The notes below the pieces were generated by a model. That model was not told the DNA's origin and did not search any database. It was given only the letters and a program-made list of their open reading frames with translations. Positions 1 to 13,186 of a stretch of DNA of 64,000 nucleotides are shown piece after piece. Each line of letters opens with the position of its first letter. The stretch's first letter is position 1. The position numbers and the translations under genes were made by a program. Origin of the DNA: Octopus vulgaris (Eukaryota); contig OX597820.1 in the NCBI GenBank assembly GCA_951406725.2, positions 56,854,001 through 56,918,000 on the forward strand. Reading direction: 5' to 3'.

Positions 1-425
1 GTTACTGTATGCGTGTGCGTGTGAGTGAATAGTGCATACATATATGTGTGTGTGTATGTGTGTGTGTGTGTATGTGTGTGTGTGTGTATGTGTGTGTGTG
101 TAGGTAACCATTATTTGCATACTGCATCTTTATACTTATAATAAAAACAATATCGCATTAAAATGGACGCTCACAAGGCACGTTTGAGGGAAACACGAAG
201 TAAATTTTATAGACTTTCTATAACTAAGGATCTGCAAACTGCGGTCTGCAGGAAACATAAATATATTCACTGTGAAAGCCTTTTGAGTCACTTTTAAGCG
301 CCCATGCACACATATATACACGCAAAGCGACCCAAAACATATAAATGTTTATACATGAACGCGTATTTGTGTGTGTGTATGCGCATTTGTACGTATGTTA
401 TACAAGTACAGTCGTAATTAATGCT

Positions 426-634
426 GGTTTCACAATTTGGCACACGGTCAATTTCGTGGGAAGCAGTAAGTAGATTACATCGACCTTAGTTTCCAGCTGG
501 TACTTATTTTAACGACCACGAAAGTATGAAAGACAAAGTCGATCTCGTCAGAATTTGAACTCAGAACATGGCGACGGATGAAATGCCGTTAAGCCTTTTT
601 GTCCGGGCGCTAAGGATTCTGTCATTTCATCGCC
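426..634 (-). mobile_element. tRNA-derived SINE, family B (decayed copy)
   Basis: Reverse complement of the GGCGAGCTGGCAGAA...GAGTTCAAATTCC...GCCTTTCATCC body that recurs throughout the window. Confidence 0.75.
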
Positions 635-722
635 TTGTAATCGCAATTAATATTAAGAAAAAGATGAAAACCATTAGCAACCTGAGAAAAATGCTTAGCG
701 GTATTTTGTCCGTCTTTATGTT

Positions 723-1244
723 CGATACGCGGCATGGGTACAATTTCAGCGATTTGCGAAGAGCAGAATGGCAGCTGCCAACAGATAATCCAGTTTCATG
801 AGACAAACGTCGCACAGATTTCCCGGGATTGCGAAGAATTCGTTGACAGATATCTTCCACAACATCATCAGCAAGGCGGGTACGTCGGCGAACGTGTTTC
901 TTGACCTCAACTGAGCCCGTCTTCCAAAACTTTTTAATCAGATCATTAATCGCTTACTTTGTTAGCGGTGGTACATTTGGATATTCGCTCTTAAAATCGG
1001 TAACGCAATTGTCAAAAGAGTAAATCCATCGCCCGATGATAAAACGTCCTGGATCTAAAATAAGATTCCACAATAAATGAACGTTGTTGTACTGACAACA
1101 CCATTACGACTCTAGAAGAAATCTAGAATGAATGCGTTACACTTGTAAAAGGCTAAAATCAATTTGGCATAGCGAGCCAATCAGAGAGAGCCAATATTTT
1201 GACAGTTAATCAATCGAGTCGATTTTTAAATTGAACACTCTATA
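723..1244 (-). pseudogene. Tc1/mariner-like transposon relic: left end plus N-terminal HTH region of the transposase
   Basis: From ATG at 1104 (-): MVLSVQQRSFIVESYFRS, a frameshift, then GRWIYSFDNCVTDFKSEYPNVPPLTK*AINDLIKKFWKTGSV...RNPGKSVRRLSHETGLSVGSCHSALRKSLKLYP. The F..TGSV, P.KS.RRLS and L.LYP motifs fit DUF4817-type Tc1-like transposases. Terminal-like TA|TAGAGTGTTCAATTTAAAAA at about 1244 (-). Truncated before the DDE domain. Confidence 0.75.
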
Positions 1245-1464
1245 GAGCAGGTACAAGATTACCTTCCTCACGTTGAAAGTAAATATTACACGTAACTCTA
1301 TTAGATCCACGTTTGTGAGTTCAGTTCCAAATCAAATTATATAAAGTGTGATAAAAACATAATTGCTGCTTTCACTCTGTGTCATTACAGGCTGAGGAAT
1401 GTACGCTTTGCGTTACTGAGTTAATTTTAAAGACATTATTATATTTCATGTGAAAAATAACGAA

Positions 1465-1499
<35 letters not shown>

Positions 1500-1939
1500 T
1501 GTATGTATGTATGTATACGAGTATATATATATTTTTTATTCTTTTACTTGTTTCACTCATATATATATATATATATATATATAAAATGGTCGGGTAAGGT
1601 ATAACTATTTATTCTTTATATCGATCTAATTCCGAAACGCGCGAACGTGGGTAACCTAATATTGATTAATTTTTGTTATTTTTCCCTTTTGCCTGCGTGG
1701 ATTGTTTTCAGGTACTTTGGTTTTTCTGGGAGCCCCTTTTAAAGTAGAAGGAATAGCTAAGACTTTTTGACTGCTATTTCTAAGCTTCTGTATGTGGTGA
1801 AGCAAATCGTTGCTGAACCGTAATTATAAAGTATAGATATCTAATTTTTAGTACTGTTGCCCACTGTGTTCTCTCAGTACTAAGTAACTGACTATGAAAG
1901 TGGAAGCACTCCAGAAGTCAATAACAAGGAAGATAGACA

Positions 1940-2400
1940 GCATGAGAGGTATTGACTACTGGGATCGACTAAAAAACTCAATCCCAACTCTCTCAAACAC
2001 GGCCGTGACGCTACATCATTTGTGTGATGTGGAAAATATTCCATCAATATTGCACAAATGATGTTGACATCAATTTTAAAATCCATCCAAGTCTTGGCCC
2101 CCGTGCTATCAGCCCACTACAACTATCGAACTCAGGGCACATAACAACATTACGTTACAACTACTTTACCTCACCCAGTCCAGCTCTCTTTAGTACTATA
2201 CCAAAATACGACAAAACGGAAACAGGTTCCATAAAATTCAAAATTTCACTGGACAAATTTCTTCAAAATATCCCAGACCAACCTCCAACACCCGGATATA
2301 TCTCCAACAATAATAACTCTTTGCTAAACTTAAAGACTTCACCAGGTGGTGGTATTAAATTAGACATGGCCTGGGCCTATAGTGGTAAAAACCTATCAAA
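1940..2400 (+). mobile_element. CR1-like LINE, 5'-truncated 3' end of ORF2
   Basis: YWDRLKKL...IICVMWKI...YNYFTSPSPALFSTIPK...FKISLDKFLQNIPDQPPTPGY...NSL, a typical CR1-clade C-terminus, with frameshifts. Confidence 0.75.
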
Positions 2401-2401
2401 G

Positions 2402-2461
<60 letters not shown>

Positions 2462-2465
<4 letters not shown>

Positions 2466-2836
2466 CGCAGGAGTGGGTGAGTGGTAAGTAGCTTGCTTAC
2501 GAACCACATGGTTTCATGTTCAGTCGCACAGTGTGACACCTTGGGTGTCTTCTACTATAGCCTCGAGCAGACCAAAGCCTTGTGAGTGAATTTGGTCGAG
2601 GGAAACTGAAAAAAGCCCGTCGTATATATGTATGTGTGTGTGCGTGTGTGTTTGTCCCTCCAACATCGCTTGACAACCGATGCTGGTGTGTTTACGTCCC
2701 CGTAACCTAGAGGTTAGGCAAAAAGACCGATAGAATAAGTTCTAGGCTTACAGAGAATAATTACAAAGTCCTGGGGTCCATTTGTTCGACTAAAGGCGGT
2801 GCTCCAGCATGACAGGAACAAGTAAAAGTATAAAAG
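2462..2836 (+). mobile_element. SINE family A (tRNA-like head, internal TA/TG microsatellite)
   Basis: TAGGCGCAGGAGTGG...GTGGTAAG...GTTCAGTC...AAGCCCGTCG(TA/TG)n...GACTAAAGGCGGTGCTCCAGCATG; more than 10 related copies in the window. Confidence 0.85.
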
Positions 2837-2941
2837 AATATCTACGTGTGCATGTCTGTGTGCGCGCGTGCGTGTGTAATATATATATATATATATGTAT
2901 GTTGTCTTTGTACATATATATATATGTATGTATATTCATGT

Positions 2942-2997
<56 letters not shown>

Positions 2998-3090
2998 ACA
3001 TAGATAGATACACACACGAACATATGCATTTATATATATATATATATATGTATATGTATGTATATTTATGCGTATGTATGATTATATGTG

Positions 3091-3145
<55 letters not shown>

Positions 3146-3180
3146 CACAAGGAGAGACACATGAATATACAGCGAAATAA

Positions 3181-3398
3181 GGTGTCGAGCTGGCAGAAAC
3201 GTGAGCGCGCCGGGCGAAACGCCTAGAGGTATTTCGTTTGTCTTTATGTTCTGAGTTCAAATTCCGCCGAGGTCGACTTTGCCTTTCATCCTTTCGGGGT
3301 CGATAATTTAAGTAACAGTTGCGTACTGGGGGGTCGATCTAATCGACTGACACCTTCCCCAAAAATTTCGGGCCTTGTGCCTAGAGTAGAAAAGAATA
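3181..3398 (+). mobile_element. SINE family B, near full length
   Basis: A-box-like TGGCAGAAACGTGAG, B-box-like GAGTTCAAATTCC, tail GGCCTTGTGCCTAGAGTAGAAAAG. Confidence 0.85.
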
Positions 3399-3977
3399 TA
3401 CAGAGAAATACGAAATGACATCCACACAATGGACGCGGACATACTCCCTCCTTCAACAGTTGTCGACCAAATACTATCATAATTTCCAACATTTTCCAAC
3501 AGTATCATTCAAATTGGAGATGTCAGCAACATGGGCTGCTGGCATATAAATGAGTGGACATGATAGACGAACACTAATAGAGGTAAAAAAATAAAAAAAA
3601 GAGACAAATACAAGAGGGAGAAAAAGATGTGGTGTCTAATATATAAAATCGAGTTATGCGGAAAACGGGAGAAAAAATATAAGGAAATAAATAAACAAGG
3701 ACAGTAAGAGGAAAAAAAAAAACCAAACGACACAGAAAGATATTTATGTGTGTGTGTATGTGTGTGGCGTGTGTTTATGCGTGTGTATCTGTGTGATGTG
3801 TGTTTCTGTGTGTGTACGTGTGGGTGTATAATGTACTTGGTTGTAAATATTTTTGTTTTCACATAACTGTCTCTCAACGATAAGGTATTTTCTTTAATTT
3901 ACTATATTAATGCCTGTAGCCTACCTACCCTCTGTTACACACGGTACGTGCCTCATACTAAAATGCAGAGAGAACCA

Positions 3978-5346
3978 TACATACATACATACATACATAC
4001 ATACATACATACATACATACATACATACATACATACATACATACATACATACATGCATACTTACATACATAGATACAGACATGCATGCATACACACTTAC
4101 ATACATACATGCATACATATATGCATATATGTTTCCATAAGCATGCATACACACATATATACATACATACATGCATACATACATACATAAATACATAATA
4201 CATACATATATACATACACACACATATATATACATAAATACTCACACATCCATAAAAGCATGCATACATACACGCACATACATATACATACAAACATATA
4301 TAACATACTACATGCATATAGACATATACATACACTTATACATACATGCACATACAAACGTATGCATACATACATACATACATACATACACACATACATA
4401 CATAAATACATACATACGCAAAAATACATAGATATATACATACATAGACGTATATACATAAATATTCACACATGCATACATACACAAATACATACGTACA
4501 CAAACATACATAAATGCATACATACATACATGCATACATACACATATATACATAAATACACACATATGCATACACGCACATACATACATACACATACATA
4601 CAAACATACATATATACATACTACATGCATGCATACACAGACATACACATATATACATACATGCATACACATACAAACGCATACATACATGCATACATAC
4701 ACACATACATACATAAATACATACAAACACAAAATACATGCATGCATACTTACATACACATATATAGATAAATACACACGCATGCATACAAGCATACATA
4801 CATACACGCACATACATACATACATTCACATACATACAAACATACATATATATATATATATACATACTACATGCATACATACACATACATACACATATAT
4901 AAATACATACACACACAAACGCATACATACACACATACATAGATAAATACATACGCACACAAACATACATGTATGCATACATACATACATACATACATAC
5001 ATACATACATACATACATACATACATACATACATACATACATACATACATACCGAAAGGTGCATACAGAAAAGTATTTACTATACCAGTACATTGTCAAA
5101 CTCACAAATAGTATTCTATATCTATGCATCTAAGCTGTTGGCTTACCAATATTTTCACTGCTGCCGTGATAAAATAATTGATTCTATTTTCCAGAGTGCA
5201 AAAGTATTACGTTCCACAATATTAAGTTTCATAATCGCTATTTTTTTCTCCCTTTAATAAATACATACATCCTATCATACATACATACACACATACATTA
5301 CATACATACATACATAGATACATACATACATACATACATACATACA

Positions 5347-5380
<34 letters not shown>

Positions 5381-5420
5381 CGAATGTACAGACGTATATA
5401 CATACACACACAAATACGCA
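3978..5420. repeat. Degenerate (TACA)n/(CA)n/(TA)n microsatellite field
   Basis: Directly visible; source of the HTYI/MYVC pseudo-ORFs. Confidence 0.95.
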
Positions 5421-5470
5421 CATACACTCACACCTTTCTTTGGGTGCACGCCGGCGAATCTATCTGTATT

Positions 5471-5512
<42 letters not shown>

Positions 5513-5807
5513 TCTCTTAAACACGTACACCTCCACTGACAAGTGCACAGACTGACGCTTACACACCACTAATACGCATATATTTCTTCACGACTGCAAA
5601 CACATACACATACAAAATTCATGAACACACACACACACACACACACAAAATGTCATCAAAAATGTCATCAAGGAACTGCCTCTCGATGCGGCTTAATCGA
5701 ACAGTAAAATCATGCAAGACTTTTCTCCAGTTTAAAATTTGATATTGCTTTTGTTATCTACATTCCAACGATATAGCTTTGAGTCATTGTTAGAATTCAG
5801 CTCCTTC

Positions 5808-6690
5808 GGATCTATTCCATCTCAATCACAGATTTTTTAATTAATTTTATTTTTAACTAAACTGTTTGAAACTTCGAATACTGGTAGAATTTCTCACGTG
5901 GGACACGGTTTACTCTGAACGCTTTGTACTAAATTTCATATTTTAGAAGCTATTTCGTATTAAAGTTGTCGCATTTGGTTAATTTCAACCAATCAACGAC
6001 GTGTTTTCGGTTGAAGAAAGCTACTGGAACAACTTCCGGGTCATCTCTACTAAATGTCGCCACTTTGTTCGAAGAATGAACACCATAGAGCAACGAGACC
6101 GTAGCTAGCTTTTTTTGTTTTTGACATTTATGTAGTTTCAAAATTTTACAATTATGAGATGTATTCTTATTGTCATGATTGTATCTTACAATAATCAACA
6201 ACAAACACATTTCGCCAATATAAAAGTTTTTATTTGTTAAAGAAAATAACATAATGAAAGCACGAAGGTAAAACAAAGCAAATAGCGCTTATACACCGGA
6301 AAATAGGTAATTGTAGTGGCAGTGACAAGTTCACTCGCTGGTTGCTAGTTGATAGTGTAGAAGTGAAGGAAAGAGTAAAGAATGCACGGTGCTGACTAGA
6401 AAGGAAGAAAGGATAAAGGTGACATAGTCTTCACTCACAGTACGAATAGAACAGACTGGTAAAATTTGGTAGAGATGACCCGGAAGTTGTTCCTCTTCGA
6501 TTACTATCGCAAACGCAGTAGCTTTCTTCAACCGAATACACGTTGTTGATTGTTGAAGTTACCAAAATACGACAACTTTAGCACGAAGTAACTTCTAAAA
6601 TATTAAATTGTGTCCAAAACGTTCAAGTTTCAAACTGTTTAGTTTAAAAAAAATTAATTAAAACATCTGTTATTGAGATGGAATAGATCC
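5808..6690. mobile_element. Non-autonomous DNA transposon (MITE-like) with about 240-bp TIRs and an 8-bp TSD
   Basis: Ends GGATCTATTCCATCTCAAT...ATTGAGATGGAATAGATCC. Arms at about 5808-6060 and 6460-6690 align in inverted orientation with two indels. Flanks are GCTCCTTC and ACTCCTTC. Confidence 0.9.
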
Positions 6691-8754
6691 ACTCCTTCTT
6701 TAGAGGAAGAACTTAAATAATTAGAAACAGAAGAGGACACACACACACACACACATACGCACACATATACATACACACACAAAAACACACAAACATAGAC
6801 ACACCGAGACATACACACAGAGACAAACATAGATAGACACACAGACTGACAGACACTGACTCGGACACACAGACACACACACACAGACATACACACACAC
6901 ACAAGCATATATTTATATACACATATTATTACGTGCACTTATGTAAATGTATATATAGCTATATCTACCGCTATATCTATCAATCTGTCAAACGATGTGT
7001 ATGTGTGCGCGTGCGTTTGTGTGCGTATATGTGCTGGTGTATGTATGTGTCTGTGTGTGACTGTGTGTGTGCGTGCAAAATCTGTGCATTAGTTTACAAT
7101 CCCATAGAATTGTTTCGATCATCTTGATGTCTTCGAAACTAATTAAAAAAATCTTGTGCGTGCATTCATAAAATCATTTTGAATGAAGGAGGGAAGAAAA
7201 TAAATCAATAAATTTCAAAAAATAAAGATGGAATATTTGATGATACAATTAGTAGTGAATTGTAGGTTAATTTAAAATTGTAGCACTTTAAGTCCTAAGC
7301 CGGAATTTAAAAGACAAACTGTTTAATGTTGGTCATTAGATATAATAAGAATTAAGGGACAGAAAAGAATTTGAGGGCTGCCTGTTGTCCATTCCATAGA
7401 AGTCATCAACAGAAATACGCTGAAAATAATTATTGAAAAACTGCGAAGTTTAGAATTACTACCTGCGTTGAGAAAATAGTTCTTTAACAGAATATTACAA
7501 TCCAATGATGGATTTTTGTATCTTTGTTAGAAACCAGCTCCTTCTTCAGAGGAAGAACTTAATTAAAATCAGAAGAGAACACACAACCACACTCACATCT
7601 CCCCCCTCTCTCCCTTTCTCTCTCTCTCTGTCTATCTATCTACTTATATCTATATATATATTATTGAAAAACAGTGAAGTTTAAAACTACTGAGACGCGA
7701 AAAATTCTTGTATAAAAAATGTGCATTGAGTAAAAATAGAGAAGGAAACAACGAAACGATTAGTTCAGGTATTCAGTAACATAGATTGAAAGTATCAGAG
7801 AGTGAGTATTCTAGCGTTATCTAAATGGGATTAAACAGGCATGAAACAGAGGGAAATATTTCAGAGGGGGACATATCACTTTGGGCTTCTGAAACAAAAT
7901 ACTCTAGTGAAAGAATAGAGTGTGGATATTGCATTGAGAAGAGCCGAACGTAAACAGGTCTAGATAACAAAAACGACAGTAGGTTGAGTATAGAGCCATT
8001 AACGTTCACAAAATAAGCTTAAATGTTTCCATAAACAATTTAGCCACAAAAGAGTAATAAATAAATAGTTAAGAATTCCGAATCAGTCAACTAATAAACA
8101 AATCTTTTATAATATTTTATAACAAATTTTATAACATTTTACAACGAATCTCTGTATAGAAGTGATTTCAATTAAAAAGATTAAACACTTAGAAGAACCA
8201 AACAGATCAGGTAACCATAGAATTAAAAACAGATATCGGAAAATAAATATTGGTTTAATTCTGTTTAAAGTAACAGTTGTCACATTCATAGCAAAGTTTT
8301 TCTTTAAACTACTAAAAAAAAGAAAAAAATTCGCAGGACAGTATAATTATTACCAAACTCACACTACCTTCAAACGCTGTAAACTAACACCGACCTAATT
8401 ATTGTAATTAACTCTTGACCCATAACTTACTGTTGTTGTGCGAAAATTATTGCTTACCAATGTTCAGAACGCATCAATCATTCTACCGACTTATGCATTA
8501 GACTTTTAATATATTCAACATTTCAGTTAACATACCTATACATTCCAAAAGCCACTCATTTCGATGTCCAGCTACATCTGCAAGACGAAGAGTGAAGAAA
8601 GATTACTACATGATATAAAAAACGTTATCTAAGACAAGTTCATACTCTGGTAGAAATGGATGCTGCAACCTCTGCACTGCCGAAAGCATACAAATACTTT
8701 TTCACCAACTATCGCTCCCCTCAACAAGCATTCAGAGGATATTTCGTATGGTAT

Positions 8755-8930
8755 AGGGTAAAGACACCCTTCGGTCATGAATGATCATGGAATTGCACCT
8801 AGAAAGTCCCACCACCACAAGGCACAAGTGCGGGCAAGGTTGTTTCCATAAACAGAAGTCACCCATGTATACCAGCCTCTCCCTCTCCACGCCACCGATG
8901 TTGTTCAAGGGAAAGGCAAAGGCCGATACA
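8755..8930 (-). mobile_element. 3' part of SINE family C
   Basis: Homologous to 57065-57230. Confidence 0.7.
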
Positions 8931-8984
8931 TGTGCCTTCATGCGTGTTATATACTTAAACATTTTAAGCATTACCAACCTTTAA

Positions 8985-9165
8985 GGTGAGCTTGCAGAAA
9001 CGTCTGCCGTTACGTTCTGAGTTCAAATTCCGCCGAGGTCGACTTTGCCTTTCATCCTTCCGGGGTCGATTAAGTAAGTACCAGTTAATCATTGGGGTCG
9101 ATGTAACCGACTTAATACCCTTGTTTGTCCCCTCTATTTTTAACCCCTGTGGGCAATAAAGAAAT
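8985..9165 (+). mobile_element. SINE family B, internally deleted
   Basis: GGTGAGCTTGCAGAAACG|TCTGCCGTTACGTTCTGAGTTCAAATTCC...CCCCTGTGGGCAATAAAG. Confidence 0.8.
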
Positions 9166-9749
9166 AATTTACTCCCACATAGAGTATATATTTATAATCA
9201 CCCTACGCAGGTTGGCTCCGATAACCTACACTGTTTTTGGTATAATAATATACATTTCATTACAGCCTTACGTTGAATCAAAGTTTGCTTTTTACTGAAC
9301 AGGTAATCCCTTCCGCCTCAGTCTTTTATCATTTTACCATTTACTTTCTGTAAATCCGCTTCTAGACTGACTGCCTCATGCACTTACAAACAACTTGAAA
9401 CTATTATTCTTTACTGATTTTCCTAAATTTTCAGGTGTCCGCTTTTTATTACTCATTTTACAACTCACCTCCATTTTGTAACTCGTTATGCCTATACTAA
9501 CCTTTTAGTTATTCTTATAAGGTAGTATATCCTTATAACTCTAGCACTTTATACATTACCTTGCTAGGCTTCTGCACTGAATATCTTAAAACCATGCATA
9601 TAATCCGTAACTATTAGACATCACGAAACCTTTTACCTCACACAACTATGTACCGTTCTTAATAAACTACATGTAATCTTGGTTTATCCATATTACTCCC
9701 TTTAAGGAGCATAGAACCGGTGTCCAAAAATTTTCTTACATATATATTC

Positions 9750-9929
9750 TTCCCTGGATAGGACGCTGGTCCATCGCAGGATTACTCTTTCTTACCAGCC
9801 GAGTGGACTGGAGTAACGTGAAATAAAGTGTTTTGCTTGAGAACGCAACACATCGCCCAGTTGAGGATCGAAACCACAATCTAACAACCAAGAGTCTAAC
9901 ACCCTAACCACTGAGCTATGCACCTCCAC
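9750..9929 (-). mobile_element. tRNA-head SINE with CORE-like and V-like blocks
   Basis: Minus strand reads GTGGAGGTGCATAGCTCAGTGGTTAGG...GTTTCGATCC...CAAGCAAAACACTTTATTTCACG...CCTGCGATGGACCAGCGTCCTATCCAGGG. Domain names are from recall. Confidence 0.7.
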
Positions 9930-10507
9930 CATCGGTAATCTTAATCTAATTTACTCTAAATATCCTCTTATTTTAGCATTTCTTCTTTTAATCTACACCT
10001 TACTTTCAAAACTACATACAATTATAGACAAATTTGTTTTCATATATATTTTCTGGTTCTCTTTTCATTTTCATTTACCTTGCCCATGTTATCTATTGTC
10101 AAGATATTTACTAGCCTTTCTTTATTCCTGTTTTTAGCAATTCTACTAACTTTTGCATTTCTCTACGTTTCCTTTATATTTTCCTTGATTTTTCAACCCA
10201 CCGCCAGTCTATAAATACACTTCTTTGAACAGCCATCTTTACACATTTTCTGTCTTGTATTCTAAATTCTTTCCCTGATTGACTAGCGATCTTTGTCATG
10301 TCTATATTTGAATCAGGGAGGGGCGTCATTATCTCAGCTCCAACATTCATACCATTGTATAGGTACTTCTAAGGTTACACCGTATCCATATATCTGTTCT
10401 TATAACGTAGAAAAAGCGATTTGTGTATGTCAACATGTGTTTAAATAGGTTTAACTTAGTGTTTCTTGTGCATGTGTTTTATAAACATTTATACATGTGT
10501 GTATATG

Positions 10508-10589
<82 letters not shown>

Positions 10590-10600
10590 TACATACATAC

Positions 10601-10633
<33 letters not shown>

Positions 10634-11232
10634 TTTGATGTACCACGTATGTATGCATATGTGCATCTAAATATGTTTATACGTCTGTGGGTATATACGA
10701 ATGCGAATATATCTGCATATATATATGTGTGTGTGTGGGGGGGTGTATTCACATGTTTATGCATGTGACTTAAAGCATTTATATATGTATGCATATTTAT
10801 ATGTGCATGCATACACACACACACACACACACATACACACATATACACACACATTCTCTCTCTCACACACACATGCGCACGAACAACACGCATGCACACA
10901 TATGCACACACACACACACACATATATATATGCGTATAATTGAGCATATTTATATGCACATATGGATACACACATGCACACATACACATATCCATTCATC
11001 CATCCATCCATCATTCCATCCTTACGCATGTACATGTGTGTGTGTATACATGTGTGTGTGTACTTGTGATTGTGTTCACATGAGAGTGAACTTATTTGTG
11101 CTATGATGCAACAGGCTCTCTACTTCCTAACCATGTTTTTCTTATTCAAGTTAGATAACGTCAGAATTCTCTTCCTTTGACACTTGTAGTCAAAAAAGAA
11201 TTTATTAGTTGTTCCCTAAAGCATTCCTTTCG

Positions 11233-11610
11233 TTGTACGAGGGCAAGGAAGAAGAACTGGGATTCAAACTTCATAGGCAAAGAAGTAGACGGCATCAAGC
11301 AATAACAGTTACTGACCTAGGCTATGCTGATGACCTGGCATTACTAACAGAGAGGACAGATCAAGCACGGGGGATGCTGAGTAGATTAGAGCAGAAATCG
11401 GGGAAGGTAAAACAGCTGCAAGCATTCAACCACGAAATGTCTGTATCAGTGAAAGTGAGAGACAGTAAATCGCCGAAGCTAGTTGAAAATTTCAAATACC
11501 TTGGTTCGTGGACACAAGGTACTGAAAAAGTCATTGTAACAAGAGCGCATAACATAAACTGAGAAATGTATGGAATTCAAAGTTAGGAAGGAAATTGAAA
11601 GTGAGGTTGT
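11233..11610 (+). pseudogene. Non-LTR retrotransposon reverse-transcriptase fragment (RTE-like)
   Basis: ITVTDLGYADDLALL (catalytic YADD), VENFKYLGSW, then after a frameshift KLRNVWNSKLGRKLKVRL. Confidence 0.85.
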
Positions 11611-11856
11611 TGTTGATGATATTTTTCTTCTTCTTCTCTGCCAAGAATTTACAACGACCTCGAACCAACAAGAGTAAAAAAACAAAGAGAGAGACAGAGA
11701 CATGCAGAAACAAGGAAAATGCCTCTTGTATTTGAATATTATGCAAATATTCTTTAAAAAAAACTTTTGATTTAATTTTTCCACAATTTAATTGTTTTCC
11801 ATATTTAGAGTTGAAAAATGCCTATATATATATATATAGGCATTTTCATAGTATTC

Positions 11857-11942
11857 TTCCGATGGTCGGATAACTGAAGAGATGGCGGCGTGGTTTTCCA
11901 CCTTGGCATCTGAAACTCTGAGTTTTATCATGGCTACCGAAT
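11857..11942 (+). ncRNA. Type I hammerhead ribozyme candidate (Penelope-type), slightly degenerate
   Basis: Stem I GATAA/TTATC, extended by TGGTCG/TGGCTA. Core CTGAAGA 11874-11880. 13-bp stem II (2 mismatches) with a TTTT loop. One extra T, then GAAA 11912-11915. Stem III CTCTGAG. GUU cleavage triplet. Confidence 0.7.
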
Positions 11943-11964
11943 ATTTGTCACATATTACATTTAC

Positions 11965-12006
<42 letters not shown>

Positions 12007-12735
12007 ATACATACATACATACATACATGCATATATATTCAAACACACACACATACACATACACACACACTCACAAACACATACAAGCATGCACACACGG
12101 TTTTCACAGTTTCAGTCTACATGATTGACTAACAACCCATTGGCCAACCCGGAGCTATAGTGGAAAGGCATTTACTTCAGAAATTGAACCCGAAATCACA
12201 TGGTTGTAAACCGACTTTTTTCAGCCATACCTAATAATTTTTTTCAACTCCCTACATATATATTTCACGCCAATTTTTTTATATCATATGATCTAAGTTT
12301 TATTTGAATTTTATTTCTTTTCATTCCCAATCTTTAATAGATTTTCGATTACAATTGCTTCTCCGATCCTTTAAACATATTCCATCTATAATTTTACCAC
12401 ACGTTTTTATAGAAACATTCTATAGGGTGCTTCAATACCATATGAAGGATTCATCGAATTATCTCGTGTTCCTTAACTTCAATATGCACATTAAACGGTT
12501 GTGATCAAAATTATCGAAACAGATTTATATATCTGTAAGCATGATGTATCAATAAATTAAAATATTAAACTCTATTTCGTGGAGTATTGGATATCTTATT
12601 TAGTTTGTGAATACATTTGCTCCAATATGCATGCATACATAGATACATAGATACATACGTAAATAGACATACACACATATACATACATACATACATACAT
12701 ATATACATACATACATATATAGATATATCTATATT

Positions 12736-12772
<37 letters not shown>

Positions 12773-12978
12773 TATATGTATATGTATATCTATATCTATG
12801 TACATACACACACAAACACATATATGTATGTATATACCAGTGTATATCTATATCTATATGAATATATATACATACATATATATGCGTGTGTATATATATA
12901 CATGTACATATATATGTATATATGTCATATATATGTCGGTGTATATAGATATATACATACATATATCATATGTATGTC

Positions 12979-13015
<37 letters not shown>

Positions 13016-13113
13016 ATATAATATATATATGTATATATATATAATATATATATATATATATGTATGTCTATATATTTGTATGTGTATGCATGTATGAATT
13101 CTTGTATGTGTAT

Positions 13114-13186
<73 letters not shown>

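Noticed and set aside
153-300. Weak inverted repeat of about 25 bp
   Set aside because: Too short and gapped to call a MITE.
9200-10400. Pyrimidine-rich stretch resembling a very old minus-strand LINE
   Set aside because: I could not recover diagnostic RT or endonuclease motifs by eye.
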